From NCBI GenBank assembly GCA_017654855.1, contig CM030337.1, forward strand, positions 1,674,001 to 1,738,000: a DNA stretch of 64,000 nt. Reading direction: 5' to 3'. Made by a program: the position numbers and the translations under genes. The notes under the pieces were generated by a model. The model was not told where the DNA came from and searched no databases. It worked only from the letters and a program-made list of their open reading frames with translations. Below are positions 39,274 to 51,374 of the stretch, piece after piece (the stretch's first letter is position 1; the number at the start of each line of letters is the position of its first letter). Source of the DNA: Podospora anserina (taxonomy: Eukaryota).

Positions 39274-42200
39274 ATGCTAGAGAGGGCGGCGACTACCCTC
39301 GAGCCGTGCAGCAGCCTCCAACGAATTCTCCCCTCCGCCAGACATTGCTTGCAGACCCGCCGCCAGCTCCATACGGCATTTTGGCAGCATGGAGCCTACG
39401 ACTTTGAGCTTTTCGATGCGTGCCAGGCCATCCTGCGCGCTCCTCGGTCCGAACCTGCCCCGACCCGACCTTCGTCCAGAAACAAGCAAACTCCGGAGCC
39501 CATGATGGCTTCGGTATTCTTGCTCGACTTCCTGTACCCGAGGGGTGCCGTGGCTATGCTACGGAGGATGTATCCGGTCTTGCCGAAACGACTCGAACCA
39601 ATAGCAAAGGTCCACCAGCCATTTTCTCGGCTGTTCATGTCTTCATATCAGGACCGAAATCAAGGGCCACCAAGCTCCCAGGTAGGCGCCCGAGGGCCGC
39701 CAAACCAGACGCAGACGGAGTATTACGAGGAGGATGGGGAGGCAGAGTTTCAGGCGCCGAGCTGGGAGGAAAATGATGCAGAGGTCTGGACTTTGGAAGA
39801 CTACAAACGACTCCCAGCTGTCGAGCGACTGGAAGTTTTCATTGACAACAAAACATTTCGCGGAAACTATGAGAGAATTTGGGAGACTTTCGCTGAGCTG
39901 AGTCCGGAGGTGCAGATGCACTTTCGACCAAAAGTCATTCGCGCATTGGCAACCTCGGCCCGCCCCTTGGAAGCGTGGAGGGTTCAGGAGTTGTTTGCGG
40001 TGTATGATGTAGAGGAGTGGACAGAGGAGAATGTTTTGGCCCAGATACGAGCAGACCTCGTTACTGGAAACCTGACCTCGGCTCTTGCGGTTTTCAAGGC
40101 TGGGTTGGAGCTGCATGGCTATGGTCAACCTCTCGACTTGCTCGTTGCGTATGGCATCTCGGCCAATAACTGGGACTTGGTGATGAAGGCTTGGAGAATG
40201 TACACTGAAGTTTTCACAACTGGTGTTGATGTGCCTGTTGCCTGGTTATCGCTGCCAGCCGAGCCCGCCATGAGTGGTGGAACCCAGGTCAACCGCTCAG
40301 GCGAGTTTTCTGCCGATCTACTAGCTGAAGCTCCCACAAATACGGTTCATCAGGGTGGTGATGTTCCCGCCTCAATGAGACCGGGCAGTGGGCTGTGGAA
40401 CTACGTTTCTACACCCGCCGTGAAGTATACCCAGCTATCCACGATATCAGACCTGCCTGCTCGAATTCGACACCATTTTGCAAAGCTCTCCAAGGCACAT
40501 CAAAAACTGCCCAAAGAACAACGGCCTTTGAGAGGGCTATTCCGGCATGTGGCGAGGAACTCATTGCATCTATTTCAGCCTACAGTTGCCGAGTTGATTC
40601 TGGATCATGCTGCGGATTCAGCGTCCTACGAAGCGTACATCGTCCATCTCGCAGAGCAAGGCCGGGTGAAAGAGGCCGAGCAGCAGTACATGAGATATAG
40701 ATCTCTGAAAGATTTGAAACCACGGGCCGCCGTCTTGCATGCCATAGTGCCCGCCTATTACCCCGACCATGTGCAAGGCATGGAACGTTTGCGCGAGGAT
40801 TGGTACCGGGGCTATCCACACCCAGATGAAGTGGCATACAAAAAGTTCCTCACATACTACGCCAAGAGGGGCGATCTAAGGTCTTTTATGAACATGACCA
40901 AGGAATATGAGGAGCACTACGATCCCAATCTCCAAAAAGACCCCATGTATGTTCGAACACTCATGCATGCCCATGCGGTACGTGGAGACCCCGATTCTGC
41001 TCGGCTCGTCATGGAGGATGCTGCCGAGACTTTGGGCTACCAGCCTGGTCGCATGGAGCAGAATATCTTGTTGAAGGCTTACTACAATGAGGGTGACTAC
41101 GATGCCGCTCTCGATCTCTTCTCACGCATGTGGGAGATGAACAATGTGGATCAGTACGCTCTGACGACAGTGATGAAGAACGCCGGCTGGAGAGGTGATC
41201 TTTCCTTCGTTCTCGAGCTTTTCGCAATGGCCAAGGAACGCAACATCCCCTTCTCGCTTACCATGATGACCTGCTTGGTTGAGGCCTATTGTAAAAACGA
41301 TCGTTATAGCGAGGCCGAAAATCTTGCTATCGACATCACAAAGGAGAACAAGCTCGAAGGGGACTATGTTCACATGTGGAACTTGCTCATCCGTTTCAAC
41401 GCCAAACGTCGAGATTTGTCGGCCGTCAACCGCCTTTTGGGGGCCATGTCACAGCGAAATGTCACGTACAACCAAGACACATACAGCGGCCTTCTCCTGA
41501 CTCTTCTCTACTGCCGCCAAGCACACCACGCCATGCATCTGCTCCACGTTGCCCGGACGCAGAGTGGCTTCGAACCGACTGCTCACCACTACACGCTTCT
41601 CATTGCCGCCTTCATGTACAGTGGCGAACCGATCATGGCGCAAAAGATTCTCAAGATGATGAAGGACATGAACTTTCCCCAGTCAGCCAAGCTCATGGCG
41701 ACTGCCATCAGCGTCCTCAGCAGATACGAGGATATCCCACCAGCCTTGAGACACGAGAATGATGCCCGTGGCTATCTCAGAAGAGCACTGAATTACTTCT
41801 ACCAGGTCCTCGACCTGGAGAGAAAGGGCTCTCCCGACGCGCGGCGTGACATGATCAACATCTACTCCAAGATGACCTTTGTCCTGACCCAAATGCGGCG
41901 GTTCACCACCATCAAGGACATCATCGCCCTTCACAATGCGCGATGGCCGCGGCAGTCGACCTTGCAGAAAGTCCCGCTCAAGCTGCTCCACGACATCATG
42001 CTGGCAGACTTTCACGAGGGGAACTATGACCGACTGCAAGAGACGTGGGATATCATCCTTGAGCGCACGGTCAAGCGCGGCATGTCGGTCATGGCTCAGG
42101 CGGGTCCGATGTCTCAGGAGGATCAAAAGGTCATGGTGGCGCAAAAGTATAGGTTGTGCGACCCCCTCAAGACGATGCAGAGGTTTTATCTCGAGAGTGA

Positions 42201-42906
42201 GGATGCTGATGGGCTTATCAACCTCATTGACACTGTCAGGGCGAAGGGGTTTGAGCTCGACAGCAAAAACTGGAATTACTACGTCCAGGGTCTTGCCAGG
42301 CTGAAGCGGTGGCGATTAGCCTTTTCGATTTGCGAGGATAGGTTGATGGGTCAGTGGCTTGGCTGGCAGACGGACAGGGCGGCGAATATGGAGATGTGGA
42401 AGCTACCTGTGGAGGTGAGGCGGTTGGCTAGCGATCCGAAGAGGCCGAGGCCGATTGCGCACACGCTGTTTATTCTTGCGAAGGAGTATATGGACCTGGA
42501 GAAGATCACGCCCTGGTCGAATGATGCGTTGAGGGAGTTTAGGTTGATCAAGAAGAGCGCGCCGAGGGTGGTGCAGGCTATCACGAACATTGCGGCGGGG
42601 CATCCGTTGGAGAGGGAGATTTTTGGGGATGATGAGGGGTATAGGAGCCGGTTGAAGTATGTGCCTCCGCCGCTGGAGAGGAGGAGGAGGAGGAGGAGGG
42701 AGTTGGTCGGGGAGGAGGGGGAGGAGGAGATGAGGGAGAGGAAAGCGGAGGCGCAGAAGGCTGCGCTGGCGAGGCAGCAGGCCATGATTAGGAGGATGGC
42801 GGAACGGATTGCTGCTGAGCAGGTTGCTAAAGAGCAGGCTGGGGAGGTTGAGTGGGAGGAAAGAAATGGGGAGGAGGAGGAGGAGGAGGGGGAGGATGAG
42901 TACTAA
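39274..42906 (+). CDS. cya-5: Mitochondrial PPR protein, COX1 translation factor CYA-5/Pet309-like
   Basis: MLERAATTLE...RRQLHTAFWQHGA and FLLDFLYP N-terminus plus multiple degenerate 35-aa PPR repeats. Confidence 0.8.
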   Translation: MLERAATTLEPCSSLQRILPSARHCLQTRRQLHTAFWQHGAYDFELFDACQAILRAPRSEPAPTRPSSRNKQTPEPMMASVFLLDFLYPRGAVAMLRRMYPVLPKRLEPIAKVHQPFSRLFMSSYQDRNQGPPSSQVGARGPPNQTQTEYYEEDGEAEFQAPSWEENDAEVWTLEDYKRLPAVERLEVFIDNKTFRGNYERIWETFAELSPEVQMHFRPKVIRALATSARPLEAWRVQELFAVYDVEEWTEENVLAQIRADLVTGNLTSALAVFKAGLELHGYGQPLDLLVAYGISANNWDLVMKAWRMYTEVFTTGVDVPVAWLSLPAEPAMSGGTQVNRSGEFSADLLAEAPTNTVHQGGDVPASMRPGSGLWNYVSTPAVKYTQLSTISDLPARIRHHFAKLSKAHQKLPKEQRPLRGLFRHVARNSLHLFQPTVAELILDHAADSASYEAYIVHLAEQGRVKEAEQQYMRYRSLKDLKPRAAVLHAIVPAYYPDHVQGMERLREDWYRGYPHPDEVAYKKFLTYYAKRGDLRSFMNMTKEYEEHYDPNLQKDPMYVRTLMHAHAVRGDPDSARLVMEDAAETLGYQPGRMEQNILLKAYYNEGDYDAALDLFSRMWEMNNVDQYALTTVMKNAGWRGDLSFVLELFAMAKERNIPFSLTMMTCLVEAYCKNDRYSEAENLAIDITKENKLEGDYVHMWNLLIRFNAKRRDLSAVNRLLGAMSQRNVTYNQDTYSGLLLTLLYCRQAHHAMHLLHVARTQSGFEPTAHHYTLLIAAFMYSGEPIMAQKILKMMKDMNFPQSAKLMATAISVLSRYEDIPPALRHENDARGYLRRALNYFYQVLDLERKGSPDARRDMINIYSKMTFVLTQMRRFTTIKDIIALHNARWPRQSTLQKVPLKLLHDIMLADFHEGNYDRLQETWDIILERTVKRGMSVMAQAGPMSQEDQKVMVAQKYRLCDPLKTMQRFYLESEDADGLINLIDTVRAKGFELDSKNWNYYVQGLARLKRWRLAFSICEDRLMGQWLGWQTDRAANMEMWKLPVEVRRLASDPKRPRPIAHTLFILAKEYMDLEKITPWSNDALREFRLIKKSAPRVVQAITNIAAGHPLEREIFGDDEGYRSRLKYVPPPLERRRRRRRELVGEEGEEEMRERKAEAQKAALARQQAMIRRMAERIAAEQVAKEQAGEVEWEERNGEEEEEEGEDEY

Positions 42907-43391
42907 AATGGGTGGTGTATGATATGGATGGGAGGGGAGAGGTCTGTATACTATGTGTATATCTTGCATTTTGTACATATCCAAGAGAGGGCGGTGGGGC
43001 GTCTGCATGATGTTTATGGTTTTTTGAAGGTCGGTATATTCTTTTTTTGGTTATGATGGTGGGCTGGTACATGATGACTCTACTCGAAGAAGCTCTTGAA
43101 CATGTAGACAAGTCTCATAGAAGGAGGATAGGTAGGTACATGGGCAGGTGAAAAATTAGACTTGAACATAGTAGTGGTGTAATTACCTGTATAAGCGTTT
43201 ACTGCATATTTGCCTGCCGGAATTATCCGGACTTTTTTGCAGAGTGGGTCATCACTTTATGCCACATTCAACCTGCTTTCTCTTCCCTGTCCGACCGCGT
43301 GCGTGGTTGACTGATGGCTGCGACTCGACGCGACAAGTGGTTGCTTGCCAAAAAAAGAAAAAGTAATTTGCTGGAGGGACATCGAACATTG

Positions 43392-43421
43392 ACAACGACA
43401 ACGACAACAACAACAACAACA
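43392..43421. repeat. Imperfect ACA/ACG trinucleotide microsatellite
   Basis: acaacgacaacgacaacaacaacaacaaca upstream of the RBM26-like gene. Confidence 0.8.
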
Positions 43422-43635
43422 AGAGCGCAAGCATTTTACCCAACTCTGAACGGAGTGACTTTTCGGTCAGATTTTCGATTGAGCAAAAAAATTAAAAGCA
43501 TACACTTTTTTCCCCCCGGAATACCTGGGCAAACTATTCTCAGAACCAGAGCAAACAACCAACTACCACCACCACTTGCGTAAAACCGAACCAGCAACAC
43601 CACACCCACGGCGCAAACTGGGGATAGGAGACACG

Positions 43636-46159
43636 ATGTTGTTCCCCGAAGAACACGAAAACGACCTCAAACTCTTCCTCGTCCAAAAGATCGAAAAGAC
43701 GCCCGACGCTGACGAGGTCGACGCGGAGGTGCTCGCGGATTATGTCCTTGCTTTGCTGAAGCATGATGGGGATGTGGAGAGTGTGAGGCAGACTTGCGTG
43801 GCTAGTTTGCCTGATTTTCTTGGGGAAGGTTTGTTTCTTTTTTTTTTTCCTTTTTTTTTTTTTGGCTCAGGGAATGTATGGCGGGAACTGACAAAGTTTG
43901 GATGACAGGCACGCAGCAGTTTGTCGACGGGATTTTAGAGGCGATTACGTTCAAGACTTATCTTCCGAATGCGCTTCCGCCACCACCACCACCGCCGCCG
44001 ATGACGGGGTTGTTGTACGATGATGATCAGGCTGGGAATGGGTATCTACGACAGGCGCAAGCGGCGGGACAACAGAATAATGGGTTTGGGGGAGGGGGAG
44101 GGGGGAACAGGAAGAGGGGGTATAATGATCTGGATAGCCCTGCGACTGGGGCGGAGGCTTATCATGCCCGGGCTTTTAAGCAGCCCAGACGGGGGAGTGC
44201 TGGGAGGGGGTTTGAGCAGTCGCTGCCGGGGTCGAGTGGTGGTGGATTCTTGGATCCGGAGTATGCGGCCAAGTTTATGTTTAATGTGTTGAATCAGCCC
44301 GAGTTTATGGCCGCTGCTGCGCAGAATGGAGGTGGAGGTGGGAGTGGGGGGAGGAACAAGAAGAAGAAGAGGGCGCCAAAGTGTAGGGATTATGTCAACA
44401 AGGGGGTTTGTCCCAGGGGGTTCAACTGCAGGTTTGATCACTCGAGTGATGATCCGGCGGGTTTTGGTGGGGGTGGGGGGTTTGGGCAGGTAGAAGGTAT
44501 GTTGAACGGGGCAGTAGGGCAAAGAGTTGTGGGAAGGTTGCTAACTTTGTGATAGAATACGATCCAGCTAATGCCCTCATGACAAACATGTTTCCGCAGC
44601 CGGGTGCTGGCCTTCCAGGGATGCCTTCTTTCGGCGAAATGTTTGCTCAGAGCCAGCCGAAACAGCACAACAACTCCCACCGGTCTAAGGGGCAGGGTGG
44701 GAACCGCGGCGGTCGCCAAAAGCGAGGTGGTGGGGACAGATCAACTTTCTCAGCAGAGGGACCAGTAAGTGATCGGACCAAGTCGACCATCGTGGTGGAG
44801 AGCATCCCAGAGGAAAACTTTGACGAGGATCAAGTTAGAGACTTTTTCAGCCAGTTTGGGAACATCCTCGAAGTGAAGATGTATCCATATAAGAGACTGG
44901 CCGTGGTCAAGTTTGACTGCTGGGAGGCTGCCAATGCGGCGTACAAGTCGCCAAAGGTCATCTTTGAGAACCGATTTGTGAAGGTGTTCTGGTTTAAGGA
45001 CGAGGAACAAATTGCGCCACCTCCTGGGAAACAGGGTGGTGGTGTGAATGGGGGTGCCTCTGGGCAAGGGGGAGAGGCACCACCGGAGAATGTGCCGCTG
45101 ACCGAGGAGCAGTTGGAGGAGATTAGGAAACGGCAGGAGGAAGCGCAGAAGGTATTTGAGGAGAAGATGAGGAAGAGGGAGGAGTTAGAAAGAAAGCAGA
45201 AGGACATTGATGAGCGGCAGAAGGAGCTTCTTGCTGCCCAGGAGGAATTGAAGGCGAAGCTGGCGAAGAAAGGGGAGGGTGTGGGGGATGGGGAAGGTGA
45301 GGGTTCGACGTCAAAGCAGCCTATGACGCAGTCAGAAGCTCTGAGGGCTCAATTGGCTCGGTTGGAGGAGGAAGCTAGGCAGATCGGGCTCGATCCCCAT
45401 GCCGAAATGGATGCGGAGGAAGGGTTAGAGGCTAGCTGGGGTGCTCCGAGAGGGGGTTACTATGGCCGTGGAAGGGGGGCTCCGTGGCGAGGAGGCTTTG
45501 TTCCTCGGGCTCGCGGATTTGCGTCGAGAGGGTTCCGGGGGGGTTTTCGTGGGAGAGCCGACGTTCACGCGGCTTATGCGGCTTATTCGCTTGATAACAG
45601 ACCAAAGAGGGTGGTGGTTTCGGGTGTGGATTTCACAGAGGGCCAAAGGGACGAGGTGCTTCGGCAGTATCTCTTTGTGAGTTTTTACCTCTTCTCATCT
45701 GTCTGTCATCTTATTAACATGACAATCCAGGGCGTTGGCGAATTCACCCACATCAACCACAGCTCCAGCCCCCCAACAACCGAAATAACCTTCAAGGACC
45801 GCAAGACAGCCGAGAAGTTCTACAACAGCGTCAGCCTCAACGATTACACCATCCCCGAGATCGAAGGGCAGGTCGAGTTGTCATGGGCTAGTGCCTCATC
45901 CTCTTCGACGGCACTGTCGACGCCTACGGCAAGCGGGTTCAGCCACGTCAATGGTGTCGTTACGAATAAGTCCACCGGGGTCACCGCTCAGAACGGTGAT
46001 GAGGACGGACATGATCAGGATCATGATGGGGAGAGTGTCGATGACGATAGGGACGTCAGGATACTGCTTGACCATCAGCCGGAGCAAGAGAAGGATAAGG
46101 ACAGGGAGCAGAATGAGATGGATTATGAGGTTGCTGATGATGCGGATCAGTGGTATTAG
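43636..46159 (+). CDS. RBM26/27 (Rmn1)-like PWI + CCCH zinc finger + RRM protein (4 exons)
   Basis: Exons 43636-43828, 43909-44496, 44556-45676, 45731-46159; DAEVLADYVLALLKH (PWI), CRDYVNKGVCPRGFNCRFDH, RRM ending VIFENRFVKVFW, RGG tract, second RRM. Confidence 0.9.
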
Positions 46160-46971
46160 CACTACCACCGTTCTGGAAGATAGGCGGGTGTCTCATTGGG
46201 GGTGGCAGAGGGGGATAAGGGGGCTGAGGGTGTTGTGAATTCATGTATATATTATTGGGGTAGGGTTGTTGGATCATTGCTTGGTATGCATGATGGGCTT
46301 GGTGTGGGTTTCCTCCGTTGCTGGCTGCTCTGAATGGAGGATAATCGGTGGGCATATTCATCGGAGGGATGGGGGTAGGATGGATACACTGGGAAAATGT
46401 ATGGATATGGGTGGCTGTTGTCTTGTGTATGGTTTACGCCTTGGACATTTTGGCCTGGGTGATAGCGATGGCTTTCCCTGCTGGATGAAAAGTCCTATCA
46501 GGCAATCTTGAACGGAAAAGAGTTTGATCACAACTGTCTGAGCCCATGCCAAGTAGAGTTCGTATCACAACAAACATGCTTCAAAAGCTTCATAGGCAGA
46601 AAGGCCGTCGTCACTTCACAATTTGTCGACAAAGACCCCGTCCTCCCACGAAATGCCAAGTAATTGACCTTGAAATTCCATTTATAATGCCACAACCTCG
46701 CCTACTCTTTCACATACGACCATAGCCAGCTGAAAGCTCGGGATCCCGTCCGCTCTCCCATCGATAAGCAGCTGAGAGTTATTTTATCTTTGGGGGTGTT
46801 AGAAACGGTGGTTTCACTGTTAGTGCTTATTTTATGCTAAGAGTAAATTCTTTGCCGTATTCTCCGTTTGTTTCAAAACGGTACCTCCTTCGCCGCTCCT
46901 TACTTCATTTGATTATTCTTATGTAAAAGATTTCTAGTCCCCTCCTCTTTCCTTACACCACCTCCCTCTCC

Positions 46972-47070
46972 CTCCGCCTCCCTCCGCCTCCGCCTCCCCC
47001 CTCCCCCCACCCCTATCCCTCTGCCCATCTCCCTCCGCCCTATCTCCCTCTACTTCCTTCCCTCTATAAA
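46972..47070 (+). promoter_or_regulatory. CTCCGC array (46972, 46982, 46988, 47033) plus TATAAA (47065)
   Basis: Seen directly; followed by a 5'UTR intron at 47098-47144 and ATG 47172. Confidence 0.6.
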
Positions 47071-47171
47071 GATCATAGGCGCCACACTTTCCACACTGTA
47101 AGTTGATGCAAATCGTCGATAGTTTGTTAAAACTATTCCTACAGCTTTAAACAGTCCTCACAAACTTAGCC

Positions 47172-47513
47172 ATGGAGCTTCCTCATCAAACAAGATCATA
47201 CTCTCCCCAGGATCCGATGGAGTATGATATTCCCGCATTCCCACCTCCGCCGTATACTCCCTTACATATCACCCGCTCACCTTACACCACTCCTTCCCCG
47301 AGCATCATTTCTGAACCATACACCACTCCTCCCCGAAGCATCGCAGCAGCCGCCTCTAAATGGTCCAAACTCAAGAAATGGTTTTCTTGTAGCGAGCTGG
47401 AAGTAGACGAAAGCACGAAACACTGCTTGTACAAGCTTTGTTGTTGTTGTTGTCCTGTATGTGGGCCGATCTGTGTTAGTATATGGGTACTTGATGACAT
47501 CATGTTACAATAA
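47172..47513 (+). CDS. CYSTM-like small protein (PPPY motif, Cys-rich hydrophobic C-terminus)
   Basis: Pro/Tyr-rich N-terminus, CLYKLCCCCCPVCGPICVSIWVL tail, TATA box and 5'UTR intron. Confidence 0.65.
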   Translation: MELPHQTRSYSPQDPMEYDIPAFPPPPYTPLHITRSPYTTPSPSIISEPYTTPPRSIAAAASKWSKLKKWFSCSELEVDESTKHCLYKLCCCCCPVCGPICVSIWVLDDIMLQ

Positions 47514-47947
47514 ACGGGCGTCTATATCATCAAAGCGTGTTTAAGGATAGAGATAGATTCAGTACTATATAGCTTATAATTAAGAAGCTGGTTCCCGCTC
47601 GGTTACGTTCTAGACGTGGTGCCCGTATCCCAGTTCTCCTGACATTTAAGTTACCCGGTTACAATTTGTATCCCATGACTGATAGACTAAGGACGGTGAC
47701 TCTTTTGGCATGACTTCTGGAGGCGCCCATGCGCCGCTTCAAGCCGGGACGGCCGTTGGAGGTAGACGCAGTCGCGAAACCCTGAGGGCCTAACACTCAT
47801 CCAGCGGCACTGCTATAGGACGGCACGGTTCAAACACGGGGCTATGTCTGAACTTGGTGGCACAGTTGACCATGAAAGCATAGCTAAAAGCGGCCTATCC
47901 TGTCTCTTTTCCCCTTTCTTCTCTAGTTATCGCACTGCTCCCTCCAC

Positions 47948-47983
47948 CTCCGCCCTCCCTCCGCCCTCCCTCCGCCCTCCGCC
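47948..47983 (+). promoter_or_regulatory. CTCCGC array (47948, 47959, 47970, 47977)
   Basis: 11-bp period CTCCGCCCTCC upstream of ATG 48114. Confidence 0.55.
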
Positions 47984-48113
47984 TCTATTCTCCTTTTGTC
48001 TCTCCTTCCATCCTTTCATCATTCAACTTTCTTCCACTCCTTCCCCTCTTCTATTAAATCAAACTTACCATCATCTATTTCCCTTAAACTATACTCTTGT
48101 ATATACTTTAACA

Positions 48114-48496
48114 ATGCATCCAAACTCACGAAAGTGGCGTTGCCTTCATAATTTTGCCAAAATTCCAAAGCGAAAACGTCTAACGAAAATCGAAAGTCTG
48201 GTTGCTATACAAAGATTACGGAAGTCGGATGGGGTTCGCTACATCAAGCGATCCTTACTATGGAGATTGGATGACTCTATATATTGGAGTGTAGTAGATC
48301 GATTATCTTCGAGCAAGCCGTTGAGGAGTGTTTCCCATAACGAGTTCATATACGGTTCGTTCACATCCGTATAAAACACTATCATCAGTTATATATTAAC
48401 CCCTCTTTAGAAGATAATAAGTATGCGAATGAAGAGGGAAAGAAGGGGAAACGTCGCCGGCTTATTCAGTTTACCTCGAAATACCAGATTGCATGA
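48114..48496 (+). CDS. Small basic hypothetical protein (2 exons)
   Basis: Exons 48114-48354 and 48411-48496 joined by a GTTCGT...TTAAC...TAG intron; Lys/Arg-rich. Confidence 0.45.
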
Positions 48497-48975
48497 TATC
48501 TTCTTTGGTTACCAGCACCCTTGATGTTCCGTGTGTGAGAATTAGCCACTTCGTGAGATCATGATGCAACTCTTGTCGTGGTCCTCTCCTTCTTACTCTT
48601 CCTATCTTTCTACCCTTTCTTTTTCACCCACTGTCCTCTCCACACCTCTCCATACCTCAGTACCCAGGAGGCCGTGTAAAATTCAGCCGGCGTGGCCCCT
48701 AAATTAGACCTATGACCTGGTTCTGACCCCCCAGATTAACGCGGACGGCACAGGTTGCGCCGAGCGGCACTGTCACTGACCTGGTGTAATGTCCAACCGT
48801 GGCCCAGTCGCCCAGGATCTTTTGTTACAGTCCTTGCTCAAGGCTCAAAGGTATCGACTGCGCACTCAGGGGAAATGGCATATCTAGGCCAACATCTAGC
48901 TGTAAATAAGTTTGGGCCTTTACCTTCCCTCTACTTTCACTTGCGCCCATTATATCAACAAGTGCAACTTTGAAG

Positions 48976-49698
48976 ATGAAGCAAAAGCATGCTCTGGACA
49001 AGCCAAAAACAACTTGCACGCGATGCCATGGCTCTCGCATATCGAAAAACAGCCATAAAACACTCAAAGGTCACTTCACCAGCGAACTTCTTGCAGGTGT
49101 TGCCTTGGGCGCTATGGACAATCAAAGCGCCCTCTTAACTACACACCCACAACCGCTGCGGATTACACCGGTCCCGGAAGATACCCAAACACTTACTTCA
49201 ACATTTCAAGCGCGTGTAACGAACAGCCAGAAGCTCTCGCGTATTGAGCCACCTGCTTGTCCCAGAGATGGTGGGTTAGAAAACGACAATTCTGCTCTTA
49301 CCGCTCACCCTCCGACCACAGCATCGGCGCCTTTGTCAACGTCGTCAGCCAATGTCTCTCAAATTCTACAACCTCGGTCTATCGCAGAAAAGGCCTTCAT
49401 TAACCCACTTCAATTTCAAGCAATGCTTTTGGACTGGGAATCCTTCGAGTATCCAGTGGAGCTTCCGAGCGACCATCAAGAATGGAATGAGCCAGGGTTG
49501 GTGTATATAGATACTTTTGACTGGATTGTGGCGTCTAGGACCATAGGAGTAGCTTGGAGTTCGGACGTGGTGGAACATGACTGGACTTTGAGCACTGAGC
49601 TTTCGGATCTTCCATGGTACAGGGATAAAGAATGGGATGAGATTAGTGTATCAGAGCTGGTCAACCTCACAAATTTTCAGCTATATGAAGCGTTATAG
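48976..49698 (+). CDS. Hypothetical protein with acidic Trp-rich C-terminal domain (start may be ATG 49114)
   Basis: About 240-codon ORF; C-terminal LLDWESFEYP...FDWIV...LPWYRDKEWDE. Confidence 0.55.
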   Translation: MKQKHALDKPKTTCTRCHGSRISKNSHKTLKGHFTSELLAGVALGAMDNQSALLTTHPQPLRITPVPEDTQTLTSTFQARVTNSQKLSRIEPPACPRDGGLENDNSALTAHPPTTASAPLSTSSANVSQILQPRSIAEKAFINPLQFQAMLLDWESFEYPVELPSDHQEWNEPGLVYIDTFDWIVASRTIGVAWSSDVVEHDWTLSTELSDLPWYRDKEWDEISVSELVNLTNFQLYEAL

Positions 49699-49863
49699 TT
49701 GAATTAAACACATACTTTCTCAAACAATTTACACTTACTCAACTTTGTTCCGGTACACTTATGAGTCAGTTCATCTACAGGAGGGAGTGAAACAATTGTG
49801 TATCACGTAATTACTCTAGAGAGAGGGGCTGGAGGGAATGGAGGGAGCCAGGGGCAGAGCAGG

Positions 49864-50001
49864 GCGGAGGGAGCGGAGGGAGCGGAGGGAGCGGAGGGAG
49901 CGGAGGGAGCGGAGGGAGTAATGAGCAACAGGTTCAAACATAGAAGCACAGCGGCCGACGAGGCTAACTCGTCGTGACCCGCAATCTAAAATCTCTATAT
50001 A
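49864..50001 (+). promoter_or_regulatory. (GCGGAGGGA)6 array plus TATATA (49996)
   Basis: Six perfect 9-bp repeats at 49864-49917, the reverse complement of the CTCCGC motif, upstream of ATG 50093. Confidence 0.6.
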
Positions 50002-50092
50002 TGAGCCGTCTGCCCGTGGCTTTCCCTGTACACTTCGTCTCATATACTCTCCAATTTTGCAAACACACCAAAGTCCACAAGTATCTCGCAAC

Positions 50093-51160
50093 ATGTATCC
50101 CTTGAACACCAATCCGAGCAGCATGCAGCACCTCGCTGCGGCACAAACGAGCGTATCAACAAAACTGCCTTGCGAGCGGTAAGTCTGACAACCGATTCAC
50201 TCTGATCATATCTAACGACTCTTTAGCAATCTTCCCTATCACTACCCTCGCGAATAGTTATCTATCCAGAGGCAGTTGCAAGATCTTGAACAACGTCTCA
50301 AGCGTGACATCGACTTTTCTATGCGACTCTATTCTGCTCAGCTAAGTCAAGCGCTTGTTTCAATGACGAAGGTAGCGGGAAAAGGTCTGGTTGACCGGGA
50401 GAGATTTCCTCTTCAAACTTACCAAGGAGGTCGTTATCACTCGCCTATGGACTCAGTCTCAGCCTACCACCAACAACGCCCAGGTTCTTTTGCGCCTGGT
50501 CCCCCGATCTCCGCGCACAACAACTTAGATCAGTTTCACACCAGTCTCCAGTCTCCGCCTAGTCCCCCGATCCGCACTCAGAATCACTTGAATCAGTCTT
50601 ACACCAGTCCCCAATCTCTTCTTCATTCTTGGACGTGTGGTCAAAACCACGCTGTTCCTCAAATTCCAGTCCAGTTTCATGAAAGTCATCATACACGGAA
50701 TGACAGAATATTTCGACAAGCCTCCACAACAAATGTTTCCGGCTCAACGCGATTTATTCCGCACAACAAGCCAGCTGACTCTTTCAACCACTATGACGCC
50801 GCCAACTGTCTACAGAGCCTGGCTACAGCCGCTGTACTTCAACCTGCAGGTACAAAATCTAAACGGAAAAGCTTGGAAGGACTTGAGTCTCAAAGTAAGC
50901 GTCAACGGACGGTATTACATCAGACATCACCAGCTGAAGAAAAGAGATCGGTTGAGGAGATTACGCTAGCTGAGGACGAGACATCGGTTGAAGAGGATAA
51001 GCTAGCTGAGGACGAGACGTCGGTTCAAGAGGATAAGCCAGCTGAGGAAGAGACAGCTCAGACGCCAGATAAAGAAGAGAAACCGGTCGAAGAGCCGATT
51101 AAGGACGAGATTGTGTGCGCCTCAAGGACAGTCATTAGTATCGCAGGCTTCACTCGTTAA
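50093..51160 (+). pseudogene. Two-exon orphan gene with one in-frame TAG at codon 39 (pseudogene or editing-dependent)
   Basis: Exon 1 50093-50178, intron GTAAGT...CTAAC...TAG, exon 2 50227-51160 in frame except TAG 50255-50257; NLS-like KSKRKS...KRQR; acidic tail. Confidence 0.6.
50948..51055. repeat. 36-bp coding tandem repeat x3 (SVEEDKLAEDET-like)
   Basis: Units start at 50948, 50984, 51020. Confidence 0.85.
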
Positions 51161-51374
51161 ATACGGGTCTGGGGATTCATTTAATTTCTTTAAGTCATGA
51201 CTACCATTGAACAGCGACTGATGTATCAAAACCAAGACACCACTTCCTTCGGACCTTCCGCAGATTCTGCTGTTGTTCAACGCCCACCGTTTTGCTGCAC
51301 AAACTCCATAGCACGGCGAACGACTGTGCTAGGACTATCCTCCCTAGTATCAGTAAAGTAGGTAAATCAGGATT

